The position numbers and the translations under genes were made by a program. The notes beneath the pieces are model-generated. The model did no database searches. It saw nothing but the letters and a program-made list of their open reading frames with translations, and had not been told where the DNA came from. A stretch of DNA of 64,000 nucleotides from Octopus bimaculoides (taxonomy: Eukaryota), in the NCBI RefSeq assembly GCF_001194135.2, contig NC_068981.1:175020887-175084886 (forward strand), given 5' to 3'. Positions 13,583 to 26,884 of the stretch are shown here, piece by piece; position 1 is the stretch's first letter; each line of letters begins with the position of its first letter.

Positions 13583-13794
13583 AACAACAAACAAGATGAG
13601 GACAAATGTCCGTCGAATGTAAATAATGTAAATAATGTACATAATTCCTCATCTCTTAAATATAGAACTGTATTACCAGGAAAGTCTTAAGTAACTGAAA
13701 GATTATTGAAAGTTTGTGGATACTTGTGAGTATAGGGAGTGACTTGCTACGCACACAAATTCTACCGGGAATAAGAACGAACCTGAGTTGGATT

Positions 13795-13804
13795 AATAAT
13801 AATG

Positions 13805-13880
<76 letters not shown>
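13795..13880. repeat. (AAT)n microsatellite
   Basis: Direct reading; directly abuts the 5' junction of R4-like copy C. Confidence 0.95.
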
Positions 13881-13883
13881 TAA

Positions 13884-14260
13884 TGGCACCTCAAGGCGAC
13901 TACCATACCAGTGATTGTAGGATCTCTAGGAATGATAAAAAAAGGTACTGAAACCTATTTGAAAATGATACCAGGCTTACCATCCCTACAGGAAGTGCAA
14001 AAAATCGTGCTAACTGGAACGACTCATGTACTGAGAAGAGCATTATCACTGTGAAAACAACATCCATTCGTGAATTTTTTTTCTTTGTTTTTTTCTTAAA
14101 TATATGTTTTACCTGTGAATTTGCGTGTGTAAACTGAAAATGCATACAACGAGTTTCTCTGCCCTAGGTGTACGGAAAACACTCGGCGAGAAATGGAAGA
14201 AAATTTGAAGAAAGAAGTAAAATAACAACATAATAATAATGATGATGATGTGATGATGTT
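13884..14260 (+). mobile_element. R4/Dong-like RLE LINE 3' end (copy C) between (AAT)n tracts
   Basis: 13884-14054 translates WHLKATTIPVIVGSLGMIKKGTETYLKMIPGLPSLQEVQKIVLTGTTHVLRRALSL* without interruption. A 3' UTR and (AAT)(GAT)n tail follow. Confidence 0.85.
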
Positions 14261-14297
14261 AATCCTTACCATTATTAAGAATAACAAGAAAGCACGA

Positions 14298-14475
14298 GCT
14301 AGAAGAATCGTTAGCACACTGGATCAAAGGACTTAGTTCGATATTTCGCCGAGGTCGATTTTGTTTTTCATTCTTTCGGGATCAATAATACAAGTACCAT
14401 TCAATTCCTGGGGTCGTCGTAATCACCATCTCCTCAACGGCTACAAGCTCTGTGCCAAAATTTGGAGCCATTATA
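14298..14475 (+). mobile_element. internally deleted Deu/Nin-domain SINE
   Basis: GAATCGTTAGCAC...TTCGCCGAGGTCGATTTTGTTTTTCATTCTTTCGGGATCAATAATACAAGTACC. Confidence 0.75.
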
Positions 14476-16239
14476 AAGACCATTAATGGTAAAAGTAGAG
14501 GAATACTTATAACGATAAGAGTGTCTTAACAGATAAAAGAATACAATATAAATAATAGAAAAAATAATAAACTGAAGATAACCGTATCTACGCAACAAAT
14601 TTTTATGTAACAATTTGAAATATCCGTATTAAATGCTATTCGAAATATCTGTAACTGGTACATGCATATATATATATATATANNNNNNNNNNNNNNNNNN
14701 NNNNNNNNNNNNNNNNNNNNNNNNNNNNNNNNNNNNNNNNNNNNNNNNNNNNNNNNNNNNNNNNNNNNNNNNNNNNNNNNNNNNNNNNNNNNNNNNNNNN
14801 NNNNNNNNNNNNNNNNNNNNNNNNNNNNNNNNNNNNNNNNNNNNNNNNNNNNNNNNNNNNNNNNNNNNNNNNNNNNNNNNNNNNNNNNNNNNNNNNNNNN
14901 NNNNNNNNNNNNNNNNNNNNNNNNNNNNNNNNNNNNNNNNNNNNNNNNNNNNNNNNNNNNNNNNNNNNNNNNNNNNNNNNNNNNNNNNNNNNNNNNNNNN
15001 NNNNNNNNNNNNNNNNNNNNNNNNNNNNNNNNNNNNNNNNNNNNNNNNNNNNNNNNNNNNNNNNNNNNNNNNNNNNNNNNNNNNNNNNNNNNNNNNNNNN
15101 NNNNNNNNNNNNNNNNNNNNNNNNNNNNNNNNNNNNNNNNNNNNNNNNNNNNNNNNNNNNNNNNNNNNNNNNNNNNNNNNNNNNNNNNNNNNATATATAC
15201 TCTCATTCATAAAATCCATTTATCTCATCTTCAATTCGTCTCTTTTAGTTAACTATATGGTTATTTGTCAGTTTTGCTTTTTCGGAATCTCTGTTTTGTA
15301 CATTAGTGTTAATCTTAATTGAAATTGACGCAAAACTGATATTTTGTTTGTACGTTGTAAATAGTATTTTTCGCTAAGCACTAAGCGTTGTTTTTGTGTC
15401 TGCTCGCCTGATTGTCTGTCTGTCTGATTGCCTGCTTGCCTGCCTGCCCGTCTGTCTGTCTGTCTATCTATGGTCCCAATATATCTATCCAGTTATTTGG
15501 GTGTTTACCTTTGTGTCTTTATCTGTCTATCAATGCATCTACCACGTACACACACATACACACACACACACACACACACAAACATACAAACACACACAAC
15601 ACAACACATATGCGCACGTGCATTTCTATGTAGTCATACGTGCATTTTTATGTATACGGAGCTTGTATGTGTGTAATTCAGTTACTTGAGTGTTAATATT
15701 TTGTTTCAACGCTCTTCGAAAATATGGAATATATCTATATAGATTTTATCTATAACAGTTGACTTATAGAAACATAGTGTATTTATATTTGATTGTAATA
15801 CATACTGCATACTACACTTAAAAAGTACTACGTGCATCTCCAAAGATAATATTAGCTTCAAGTGATATTCTTGGTGAAACATCTTTTAACATTCTACTTG
15901 CTATATTTGTCAGTACAATATTAACAGCTAAAATGAAGAAAAGCCTTGACTGAGCAAATTTTAATCAAAGTATATTAGCGAGTACAACATTGAAGATGTA
16001 TTTTCTCATAAGTAAGTAATACAATTTTTATTTGCATTGCTCTTCCTAGTATATAAATATTGCTTTAAAAATAAGTGTTGTGGCATTTGAACATGGAAAA
16101 TATCATCATCGTCATCAAATAAATTCCCTTGAGAAATAGAAACTACGGATCAACTGAACTAGGTTTCAACTTAAACTAGGCACAACAGTAAACCATATAC
16201 ATATATATATGTATATATNNNNNNNNNNNNNNNNNNNNN

Positions 16240-16294
<55 letters not shown>

Positions 16295-18239
16295 GCCCAC
16301 GAGCTAAGATAAATAACTCAGTGAAGCCAATGTATTTGAGCAACATAGACAGATTAAGATAGATATATCAAATAACATTCTACAGAATTTTTTTAATTAT
16401 CGCAATCATCTCCGACTCTACTGTGTTCAATCAATTACAACTGGCCTCTCTGAAATATTTCTGTTAGTTCATACGCACAGACGTGCACACACACACACAC
16501 ACACACACATATACAGACATTCATACATATACACATACATGCATGCATACGCACATACATGCACATATACATATGAATACGTATTAAGTTTGAAAATGAT
16601 GTCCAGTATTTATTTCAGACATATTTCATAAGAATATAAAATGAAAAGATTGCAGCAGTACATTTTGCATTTCATTTCCCTATATATATTCTTTTGATTA
16701 TCTTTTTATGTTGCCAAAGACGATTTGCAATTTCCTAACCCATTTTACTGACATTTCAAGGACAACTAACCTTATCATGAGGAAATGAAAGCATGACATA
16801 CTGGAACTGGTTATTTTTTTTTCTTTTCGTATTATCATATTATTTGGAAAGATCTTTCGTATTATCATATTATTTTCAAGGATTTTTGTGTGTATAATAT
16901 GCTGACTTTACAATGGCATTTACATACACGAGTTGCTTTTCAGTAATTCAGAACAGAACTTACAAGACACAACTTCATCACTAAGTAATGGATATTATAC
17001 ACAAACATATTCACTCAAATTCATACACGTTTCTAAATGCACATATATATGAATATACATACATAAACATACATACGTATAATTACATACCCGATAAGAA
17101 AGACCCCCTTCTAGGTGGTTTTCTGTTTGTTGCTGTGTGATCTTTACCCATTTGATATTTACACATTTACACAAGTTTTTTCTTCTATATCATTATCTTT
17201 TTTTATTACACATAATTGCAATTAACTCATCAAAACGTGTTAGGAAACAACGACATGCGCAAAATATCGGCATCTCACCAATCACTCGCAGTATGTAAGT
17301 TTGAAAATGATGACGAGTATTTCAGTGAGACATATTTGATAAAAGTTTAAACTATAAATCATGTTCTACAATATCAGAAACATATTTACAAAAAAATCTC
17401 ATTAAAAATGTCACTTTTCTTAAAGTCATAAGGAAACAAACATGGGGAAAGAGGAACTAGTATAAGTAAGTTAAAACCACTTTCTTATACAGTTTTCTAT
17501 TTCTGAAACAACACCCAACAAATATGAAGGGATACTACAATCAACATAATTAGGGTGAACCTGGATTAAACTTGGTTAATTTGAGTTGCAGATATTTGGG
17601 TAACTTTTATATTTCAGAATTATAGACTGACGTTAAATACACTATCGCGTATTGAATTAAGATGTTGCGGTGAATAAAAATTAGATTTGTCACTGAAGCG
17701 CGTACTTGGAGACCTCAATAATAAATGAACTAGGGAACAGTTGGAATTTATATGAAGTTTTCTGGCAGACTAGACTTGAATAATTACTTTCTTTATAGGA
17801 AAAATTAACAAGTTTATATTAATACAAATCACTTGCAAAACATTTTACCACAGCCGGGCAGCGGGTTAACGTAAATAATCATATTTTGAGTGGAATGTAA
17901 TAAGTGGGACCTTGTCTCGTAGTCAGTTCGAGGCTGCCTCTATTTTCACTTTCCCGTGCTGATAATATAACTACTTCGAAATGCGTGCATCCATCGTTTT
18001 GAGTAGAGGGTGCGTCGAACTCATATGATGCGTTTACACTTTTCGTGTATAGCGAAAATTTTCTCGATTTTAAATGCCTTACAGAATCGAATGACCTTAC
18101 GGAATCGAATATCTGTTAACACACATCTGAACAGGTAACAAGTTTATACAAATCACTGCTTAGCGATTGTGATCCGTATATAGATAGCGCAAATAATCAT
18201 ATGTATGTGTGTGTGTATGTGTGTGCGTGTGCGTGTGTG

Positions 18240-18545
18240 AAAGCACGAAGTCAAGTGGTTAGAGTGTTGCACTCACGATCGCAAGATCGAGGTTTCGGTA
18301 GCCTGACCAGCTGCGTGTTGTGTTCTTGAGCAAAACACTTCATTTCACGTTGCTCCACTTTTCACTCAGCTGTAAATGGATAACATTTCCGGCCAGGGCC
18401 AATATTAGCCTACTTGTTTATCCAGCGGAGTGGCATCTTTTGAAAATAAAATCGATCAGCGATGTTGTTATGTCACGCATTATGACGACGTATTTCGTCG
18501 CCTCTGCGGGATTGGCCCGAACAGCGTATCTCGCTGACTGATTGA
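18240..18545 (+). mobile_element. tRNA-derived SINE (V/CORE-like domain), near full length
   Basis: AAGTGGTTAGAGTGTTGCACTCACGATCGCAAGATCGAGGTTTCG head, then GTGTTGTGTTCTTGAGCAAAACACTTCATTTCACGTTGCTCCAC...CACTCAGCTG. Confidence 0.8.
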
Positions 18546-21364
18546 TTTTTTATTAAGCACTATGACCCTGACACAGAGGAAACATCACAAGGACAGACAA
18601 AACGCCACAGTGGGGACAAAAACATAAAACGAATGAAAATGTATAAAATGATAATAAACAAATGATGATGCAATGGCTGCATTGAGCCCACATTCTCAAG
18701 CAGTACCATTTAACTGTGAAATCATACAGTTTTATAAAGTTTTTCTTTGTCTTTTTTCTTTTCTTTTAACATCGTTTTTTTCTTTTTAAAAGTTTATGTT
18801 ACTTTTTTTTCTCTTTTTCTCCAAATAAATTTTACTTACATTTTTAATCAGTTCATGTAGGATTTCAAATCCTCGTACTCCAATACTTGCGGCAATTCAT
18901 CAAATTCTATTTCAACCCCCAAATGGTCTATATTATTACCAAACATTTCTTTTAGTTTTCTATGTCTTTCTTTGTCGATTTTTATTCCTTTTATATGTTC
19001 CGAATATTTCCCTGGTGGCAACTTCACTCTTATGACCGATATGAATTTCGTTATCCTTCTTTCAATTTCAGTACTTTTGACGTATGTGACCATATACCAC
19101 TTGTTTTTCCTCTGTTTTACTTCTGTTTGTTTCTGCAATGGACCTGGGCAGCTCTTTTAGGACGAAGACACTCTGGCATAAAATTTGTAGTCAAAATAGT
19201 ACCAGTCGTCTTGCAATGCTTGTCACTGGAACCTAGTATGGTGACCGAAAATGTGAGAAAAATATGGGACAAGCTCTTGTTACTAAATCCAATGGCGTAA
19301 TGACATCTCACTATCATTTTTATGTAAGACAGCTATTATCTGACAAGATGAGGCAGTCATCACACACGTGCGCGTATACGTCTATACATACACAAACACA
19401 CACACTCAAATATATACACATCACTGTGTGTTGTATATAGGCACAAATACATAAACACTCTTCTTCCCGTTTTACTTATTTCTAGACACAGATGCCCTCT
19501 TACAATCACACATATACGCCCATCTTTCCCTCTTTAACCCTCTCTATAAAAAGCGTTCTCTTCATCTCTTTTTCATTTGTTATTCTTTCTCACTTCTTCG
19601 ATGCTCTTGCCTCTCTTCAGATGAAAGAAATAACAATTAAAAAGTTGAAATTCTTTCTCTTTAAATACGGTTAAGCCTATACGAAATTTATAAACCTTGT
19701 TCCTCCTGTGAGATATACTAAATTCCCGTGTTGCAATGGCATATGAATAAACTACTCAGTGAATCACTGTCCGTCTTTTGTAGCTATAGCAGCCAAATTT
19801 CCGTCAAATCACAAACTACACCTTAAAAACCGAATGATATATAAAATAATATAATCTCAAATAGTACTTTTCTTTAAGTCATTGGGATCACTCATGTTTG
19901 TAAAAATATTTCTCATAGATATATTCAATTATATATGATCCAGTGCTACTCAACAACAAGAATAGCAACAATGACATCAGTGATAACGTGGGTCAATTTA
20001 AAACGTCGCTGCCCTTCTAAAATAATAGCGTCATTGAGCAATCAGAAGTGATAAAGAAATGACCTTGTATTACAATAAATATATTAAACCCATAACATTA
20101 ACAAAACGTGCGTGTGTATATCATAAAGTAATAATATATTCTATATATATAGTTATTTCGCTTCAGATTATCCCAGAAGATAATTTCCATCAAAGGACGA
20201 GAAACAGTTGAGATAATAACGGAAAATCTGTTAGCTTTGACGTCATTTACAACTCAGAAGGTCATTTCAAAATCACCAGTCGGCGTACTTCCATGTGTTA
20301 AAACAGGATATTAATTCGTCATTATGTATATGGGTTTAATATCAAAGCACTTCTTTTTTCTTAATAGTAGTTCACATTTATACATTGATAATTTTGTTCT
20401 TTCATATAACAGCTGAGAATATCAGTCCATCATTCAAGTCTTGCCTCTCTAATTGACTTCTATTTTAGAAAAAAAGAATTTAAATGCTACTAAACGTTTT
20501 AAAAAGATATTAGCAACGGCAGCAACAAAATTTAACAAATAAAACTACTATGATACTTCAGATCAAAAGGCAAAGCACACACACACNNNNNNNNNNNNNN
20601 NNNNNNNNNNNNNNNNNNNNNNNNNNNNNNNNNNNNNNNNNNNNNNNNNNNNNNNNNNNNNNNNNNNNNNNNNNNNNNNNNNNNNNNNNNNNNNNNNNNN
20701 NNNNNNNNNNNNNNNNNNNNNNNNNNNNNNNNNNNNNNNNNNNNNNNNNNNNNNNNNNNNNNNNNNNNNNNNNNNNNNNNNNNNNNNNNNNNNNNNNNNN
20801 NNNNNNNNNNNNNNNNNNNNNNNNNNNNNNNNNNNNNNNNNNNNNNNNNNNNNNNNNNNNNNNNNNNNNNNNNNNNNNNNNNNNNNNNNNNNNNNNNNNN
20901 NNNNNNNNNNNNNNNNNNNNNNNNNNNNNNNNNNNNNNNNNNNNNNNNNNNNNNNNNNNNNNNNNNNNNNNNNNNNNNNNNNNNNNNNNNNNNNNNNNNN
21001 NNNNNNNNNNNNNNNNNNNNNNNNNNNNNNNNNNNNNNNNNNNNNNNNNNNNNNNNNNNNNNNNNNNNNNNNNNNNNNNNNNNNNNNNNNNNNNNNNNNN
21101 NNNNNNNNNNNNNNNNNNNNNNNNNNNNNNNNNNNNNNNNNNTATATATATATATATTTATATATAAATGGTTATAATTGCAACTTTCACAAACAAAAAG
21201 ATTTTCATACAGTATTCATTTAACTACTGTTATGAGGATAGAGCATTTTCGAATGCCATGACTTATGAAAGGTTTCTCTGTTTAGCAGATATAAATCATA
21301 AGCTTTTATTTTCTTATGAAAATGTGATTAATATTTTGCCTATATCCACTTATGGGATAAAGTA

Positions 21365-21480
21365 TATGGTGTAGTGGTTAGGATACTAGACTCACGATCA
21401 TAATATCAGCGTTTCGAGTCCCTGCATGGTGTCCTTGCGGAAAAGAGTTCATGCTATGCTACTCCAAACCACTTGTTTAA
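21365..21480 (+). mobile_element. degenerate tRNA-derived SINE head
   Basis: TGGTGTAGTGGTTAGG...GTTTCGAGTCC...GTGTCCTTG. Confidence 0.55.
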
Positions 21481-21595
21481 AATAAGTAACAGAGACGGTA
21501 CTTCGTTTCTTAGTTAGAAATCCGTTCATTGCTTATAGAAAATACAAGTTAATAAGAAAGCTGTCATACAAAGACATCCTACGTACGTTTAAAAA

Positions 21596-21596
<1 letters not shown>

Positions 21597-21663
<67 letters not shown>

Positions 21664-21700
21664 GATCGATCGATCGATCGATCGATCGATCTATCTATCT
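21597..21700. repeat. (TATC)n-(GATC)n-(TATC)n compound microsatellite
   Basis: Direct reading. Confidence 0.95.
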
Positions 21701-22940
21701 GTCTGTATGTTATGTGTCTGTATGCCTAAAACTATCTGCTTACCAGAGGGAAATTCCAGTTGATAAAGTAATTTTACGGACGTCATCTAGTCCATCAACC
21801 CGTTAACTTTTCTTTATTCTTATGTCTAAATATCTCACAGTGTATTTATGTATTCATGCAGCCAGAGAGAAATATTTCTAGACACCGTCTTCTCTATTTC
21901 TATGTGAACGCTTCTCTATGTCTCCTCACTCTCCATATATACATGGAATATGATATAGACATTTAGATAATTCTACTTCTGTCGTTTTCATATCCCAAAG
22001 AACCACTTACTCTCTAGTTTAATGGCATCTATCGTTGGCAAAAGTCCATAATTTGTGGGCGATGAATGGAATCGACACTGCTTTCGAAGTTGGAACAAAA
22101 CCTTGGGGGATTAAGTAAATGACGCCAACAACATTTTTTACTCATTTTGCTGCACCTACACATTCAACATTATTGCTTTATTAATGCGTTTATTAATGCT
22201 AGTATTAACTTCCATACAAAAGTTAAATAATGTCATCCAATCTATATATCTCGTATGAATTGAAGATTATCATAATACTATAATGTATGCTGTCAATGTA
22301 TATCTAATTTGCCATTGTTGTTTTTTAGCCGTAAGTTGGTTCTGGTCAAGTGACTATATCATCTATCAGATACATTTAAGTTATGATCACTCAGTTTTTT
22401 TTTTCAAGCTTATTACATCTCTAGCTTCTAATATTTCCTGGTTCGAGAGAAATTTGGATGATAATTTTATCAGTTGAAGTAACACACATAGATGCTCCTT
22501 CTCCGGCTTCTTTAAAACGTCGCTTGTTAGCATAATGGACATCTAAACTTGTGGTTGATAACTCATGTACATAGACAACTCAGATACATAATTATATATT
22601 ATTATATACGAATCATATCACTTTGTATAGATTCTTTTCTATATGTGTATAATTATGTTAGTGTGTAAATATATCTATGTTCACTACTATCTTTAATTGT
22701 TTGAAATCTTCCGGTAAGGAAGGAGGTGCTCTCTATAGAATATAGAAAGTTCTATTGTTGGAATGTTGATAAGAAAAGCAATTTCACATTTTGAATTTAA
22801 GAAAAGACATACTTTTACTGTTCCGCTTACAAATTGTATTTGTAATGTACGAGTTTAGTGGTTGATTACTTTTTCTCAAAACAACTGCTTGTCCAGTGTC
22901 AGGCATTCTATGTATGTATGTATGTATGTATGTATGTATG

Positions 22941-22971
<31 letters not shown>

Positions 22972-23089
22972 GAATAAATGATGTACGTACGTATGAATGC
23001 ATGCATGAATAATGTACGTATGCACGTACATATTTATGTATGTATGTAAGTATGTATGTGTGTATATAAACATATGTGTATTTATGCAT

Positions 23090-23470
23090 GAATTTATGTT
23101 CTGTGGAGCATTTTTTGATAAGTTCACTGATAGAGAAAGAGCTGAGATATAAAACTCTTTTATTGGAATTTAATTAAGATTAAATCGGGTAGTTCTGATA
23201 TGCATACAAATATGTTTGCATGCATGTATGTAAATATAAATGCATATGTGTGGATGAAATTACACGTGTAAGCACATACATATTGTTTATGCACAGGTAC
23301 ACATCGAAATAGGCACGGACGGTACGGAAAATGTGTAACATATTGAATGCTAAATTTCATGGATGTATTCCATATTCTGAGAGTACCTTTGGCAGCGTAT
23401 AACTGTAATCTGATTAGGTTTCTTCATTTCGTGACACCCAGCTTTTCGAAATTGGTACAAGGCAATCAGT
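23090..23470 (-). mobile_element. old, diverged RLE LINE 3' end of the (ACAT)n-associated group
   Basis: The minus strand translates TNFEKLGVTK*RNLIR-LQLYAAKGTLRIWNTSMKFSI, homologous to 61598-61756. Flanked on both sides by (TATG/CATA)n. Confidence 0.6.
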
Positions 23471-23578
23471 TATTGTATGTGTGCATTTATGTATGCATGC
23501 ATGCATACAAGCAGACACATATGCATTCATAATAGTTTTACATACATACATACATATATACATACATACATACATATA

Positions 23579-23612
<34 letters not shown>

Positions 23613-23772
23613 CATACATACATACTTACATACAATGATACGAACATGTCTACCTATATATTGAATTCACATGTGATTCTTCAGCTCCGAGGTCATGTAC
23701 ATAGAGAGAAAGTCTATCTTCGCAACGAAGGAGTTAATCATAAACCTCGAATGGATGACCAGAACTTGCTGC

Positions 23773-23806
<34 letters not shown>

Positions 23807-24518
23807 NNNNNNNNNNNNNNNNNNNNNNNNNNNNNNNNNNNNNNNNNNNNNNNNNNNNNNNNNNNNNNNNNNNNNNNNNNNNNNNNNNNNNNNNNNNNNN
23901 NNNNNNNNNNNNNNNNNNNNNNNNNNNNNNNNNNNNNNNNNNNNNNNNNNNNNNNNNNNNNNNNNNNNNNNNNNNNNNNNNNNNNNNNNNNNNNNNNNNN
24001 NNNNNNNNNNNNNNNNNNNNNNNNNNNNNNNNNNNNNNNNNNNNNNNNNNNNNNNNNNNNNNNNNNNNNNNNNNNNNNNNNNNNNNNNNNNNNNNNNNNN
24101 NNNNNNNNNNNNNNNNNNNNNNNNNNNNNNNNNNNNNNNNNNNNNNNNNNNNNNNNNNNNNNNNNNNNNNNNNNNNNNNNNNNNNNNNNNNNNNNNNNNN
24201 NNNNNNNNNNNNNNNNNNNNNNNNNNNNNNNNNNNNNNNNNNNNNNNNNNNNNNTATATATATAGAGTTATTAATATTTCTAAGTCTCTCTAAAGGAGAC
24301 TACGGCAGCGGTACTGGAAATTAATAGTTATCGCCAAGCCAACATGGCAGTCCCAAAATTAGGAAGAAAGCTGCCGTGAATTAGCTCCAAGAAGCCATCG
24401 CCTCTAGCTAGCTATGTGACACACGAAACCTGTGTCCTTTATAACCTTCGAACAGGGGAGGTCAGCAGTGTCCCCCTGCTGGTTTGGCATCTGCAGGCTA
24501 GACTAGTTTCAGGGTGTT

Positions 24519-25769
24519 TAGAGTGCGGCGAATAAATTGTCGTTTAAATTACGTAAAAATGAAAATAACACTGACATTTTATTTTACCAAAATTGATATC
24601 TTGAAATACTAAAGAGTAAATTTATTCAATAAAATCACCGTTGGCTTCAACAACGGCCTCCAGTCGACTTCGGAATCTCTTCTAACTCTTCTGGACGGTC
24701 TCCTTGTTTAAGTTGGTCAATGCTACTATAATCCTTTCCTTCAGTTCATTTTGGTGTTACAAGGTGTTTTGACAGTGTCTCGCTCAACTGCGCCCCACGC
24801 ATAATAATCAAGGAGTGGGGGGGCGCTCTAGGGAGTTAGCCGGCCAAATGTTTGGTGTGATGTGGTCATAGAAATTGTCTGACAGCCATGACTGGGTTCT
24901 CCTTCTTGTGAGGCAAGGTGCCGAGTCCTGTTGCCAGATATAGGTTCTTTCAGCAGCCACCCTCCAGACCCAAAGCAGCATTACCTCCTCCAGGCACTTG
25001 ATGTAGGGCTCCGTGTTGAGTCCCAAGCCGTGTGGGAAGATGAATGGAGGCATAACGTCGCCATCACTTGTGATCATTCCAAACACCATGATATTAACTG
25101 GATGTGTGATTTTTATCAATCTCGGTACATGTTTTGGAGACACAGCAAGCCAACTTTTGTTCTGTGTGTTCACCATCTGATCCTGGAAGAAATTCTTTTC
25201 GTCTGAGAAAAACCAAAGCATGTTAGATTGGAAGGAATACTTGAGTTTGTTTAGAAGCTTCGTAGTGTGGTCTTACCTTTTGTTCTTGATGGGGTGGGAT
25301 AAAAATTGGCCCTTTCTCATCTTGAATAGGGAAAAGCGAATGCTTTCATGCATGCCTGATAAGAAACTCAGACACTCCCATGTCCTTGGTGATGGACCTG
25401 ATTGACTCGGAGCGATCGTTGTCAATCATGTCTTGAATCTCCCTAATAAATTCATGAATTCTTTTCTTAATAGTATAATCAGCGTGAGTTTCCAGACTGC
25501 GTATCTTTGTAATCACCATTAGACTTACCAAACGCTTTCCTCTGTACTGTCCTCAGGTTGACACCCAAACACTTTGAAATGTTCATATTGCAGCTTTAGG
25601 GGCGAATGCCAAGCAGTTCAGCATGCCGTTTCCAAGTTTCTGGCAGAGTGAATTACGTCATCGTGCCAGTTTCCTCACAGACGGTGTCCAACTGACAATA
25701 CTATACTGTGTAGTCAACAAAATCAAAATGAAAATTATAAAATGGCGACAATTTACCCATCGCACACTG
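24519..25769 (-). mobile_element. Tc1/mariner superfamily, maT (DD37D)-like transposon, decayed, with TIRs
   Basis: ORF 24808-25221 has WFFSDEKNF...HPVNIMVFG..TSDGDVMPPFIFP...YIWQQDSAPC...WPANS. ORF 25346-25531 has the HTH-like IDND.S.SIRSI.KDMGVSEFLIR. The ends CAGTGTGCGATGGGTAAATTGTCG (right, followed by TA) and AGAGTGCGGCGAATAAATTGTCG (left) are inverted. Confidence 0.85.
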
Positions 25770-25935
25770 TATGTATATATATATATATATATATNNNNNN
25801 NNNNNNNNNNNNNNNNNNNNNNNNNNNNNNNNNNNNNNNNNNNNNNNNNNNNNNNNNNNNNNNNNNNNNNNNNNNNNNNNNNNNNNNNNNNNNNNNNNNN
25901 NNNNNNNNNNNNNNNNNNNNNNNNNNNNNNNNNNN

Positions 25936-25993
<58 letters not shown>

Positions 25994-26803
25994 TGTATAT
26001 ATATATATGCCCTATGTGTATGTTTTTCAGTATTTAATGCATTTCTCATTTATTGTATGTGTGCGTGTGCATGTGTGTGAATGTGTATGCATATGGATGT
26101 ATGGTAGGCGTATAATATTTGTTGACTTGTTCCTCTCATTACCTTCAAAGTAATATTGCATATAACTTGATAATCTTTTTCGTAATATAATCTATTATTA
26201 ATAATCGTATATTAAATTTCACTGAGTAACACATTTCTAGCAGAATTATTCATCAATGCATTACCGTTTTCTAATCGGTTCAAATATAATGTGTATCAAT
26301 TTATAGTAAACTATTGCATTTCTTTTTTTTTTTTACTCTGTGATGTAGCAAATTAAATAATTAAATCGTATACGCATAAGTTAGGTTTAGTTTGTTAAAG
26401 CGAACAAATAAATAAATAAATAGTATATAAGTAAATGAATAAATAAAAATGATTTGTTAGTAAGCAGGCCTTGTGGTGCCTACGGGTGAGAATCACCGTT
26501 TACTTTCGACATTTGTGAACAAGTGGAAAAGCTTTTAAGAAATGTCTCACGTGTCATTGATTTTCATTTATTTTGTTTTTCAAATTATGATTGTATTTAT
26601 GGATCAATGATCTCGAATACTACGGTCAAATGGAGTTTTAAGTGAACTGTGTTCTAAATGTAGTTATATTTATTTTTGTTTCATTTATTTATTCCTGATC
26701 TGTGATCTTTCGGAACTGATTATTATTTACTGCAAAATGTGATTTATTGTTGATATTATGTTCAAGTACAAAAGCTGCTGCTTCTATAATAATAATAATA
26801 ATG

Positions 26804-26884
26804 AGAAGAAGAAGAAGAAGAAGAAGAAGAAGAAGAAGAAGAAGAAGAAGAAGAAGAAGAAGAAGAAGAAGAAGAAGAAGAAGA
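26804..26884. repeat. (GAA)n microsatellite at the 5' junction of R4-like copy D
   Basis: Direct reading. Confidence 0.95.

Larger units (their letters stand above)
13199..13665 (+). mobile_element. composite non-autonomous element: inverted Penelope-type pLTR + tRNA-like head + (AAC/AAT)n + hammerhead-bearing pLTR
   Basis: Arms of about 160 bp at 13199-13363 and about 13475-13636 are reverse complements. Between them lie a tRNA-like head and a trinucleotide tract. Confidence 0.8.

Noticed and set aside
13199-13665. Interpretation as CRISPR or another bacterial-type system
   Set aside because: There are no repeat-spacer arrays or prokaryotic genes anywhere; the window is eukaryotic.
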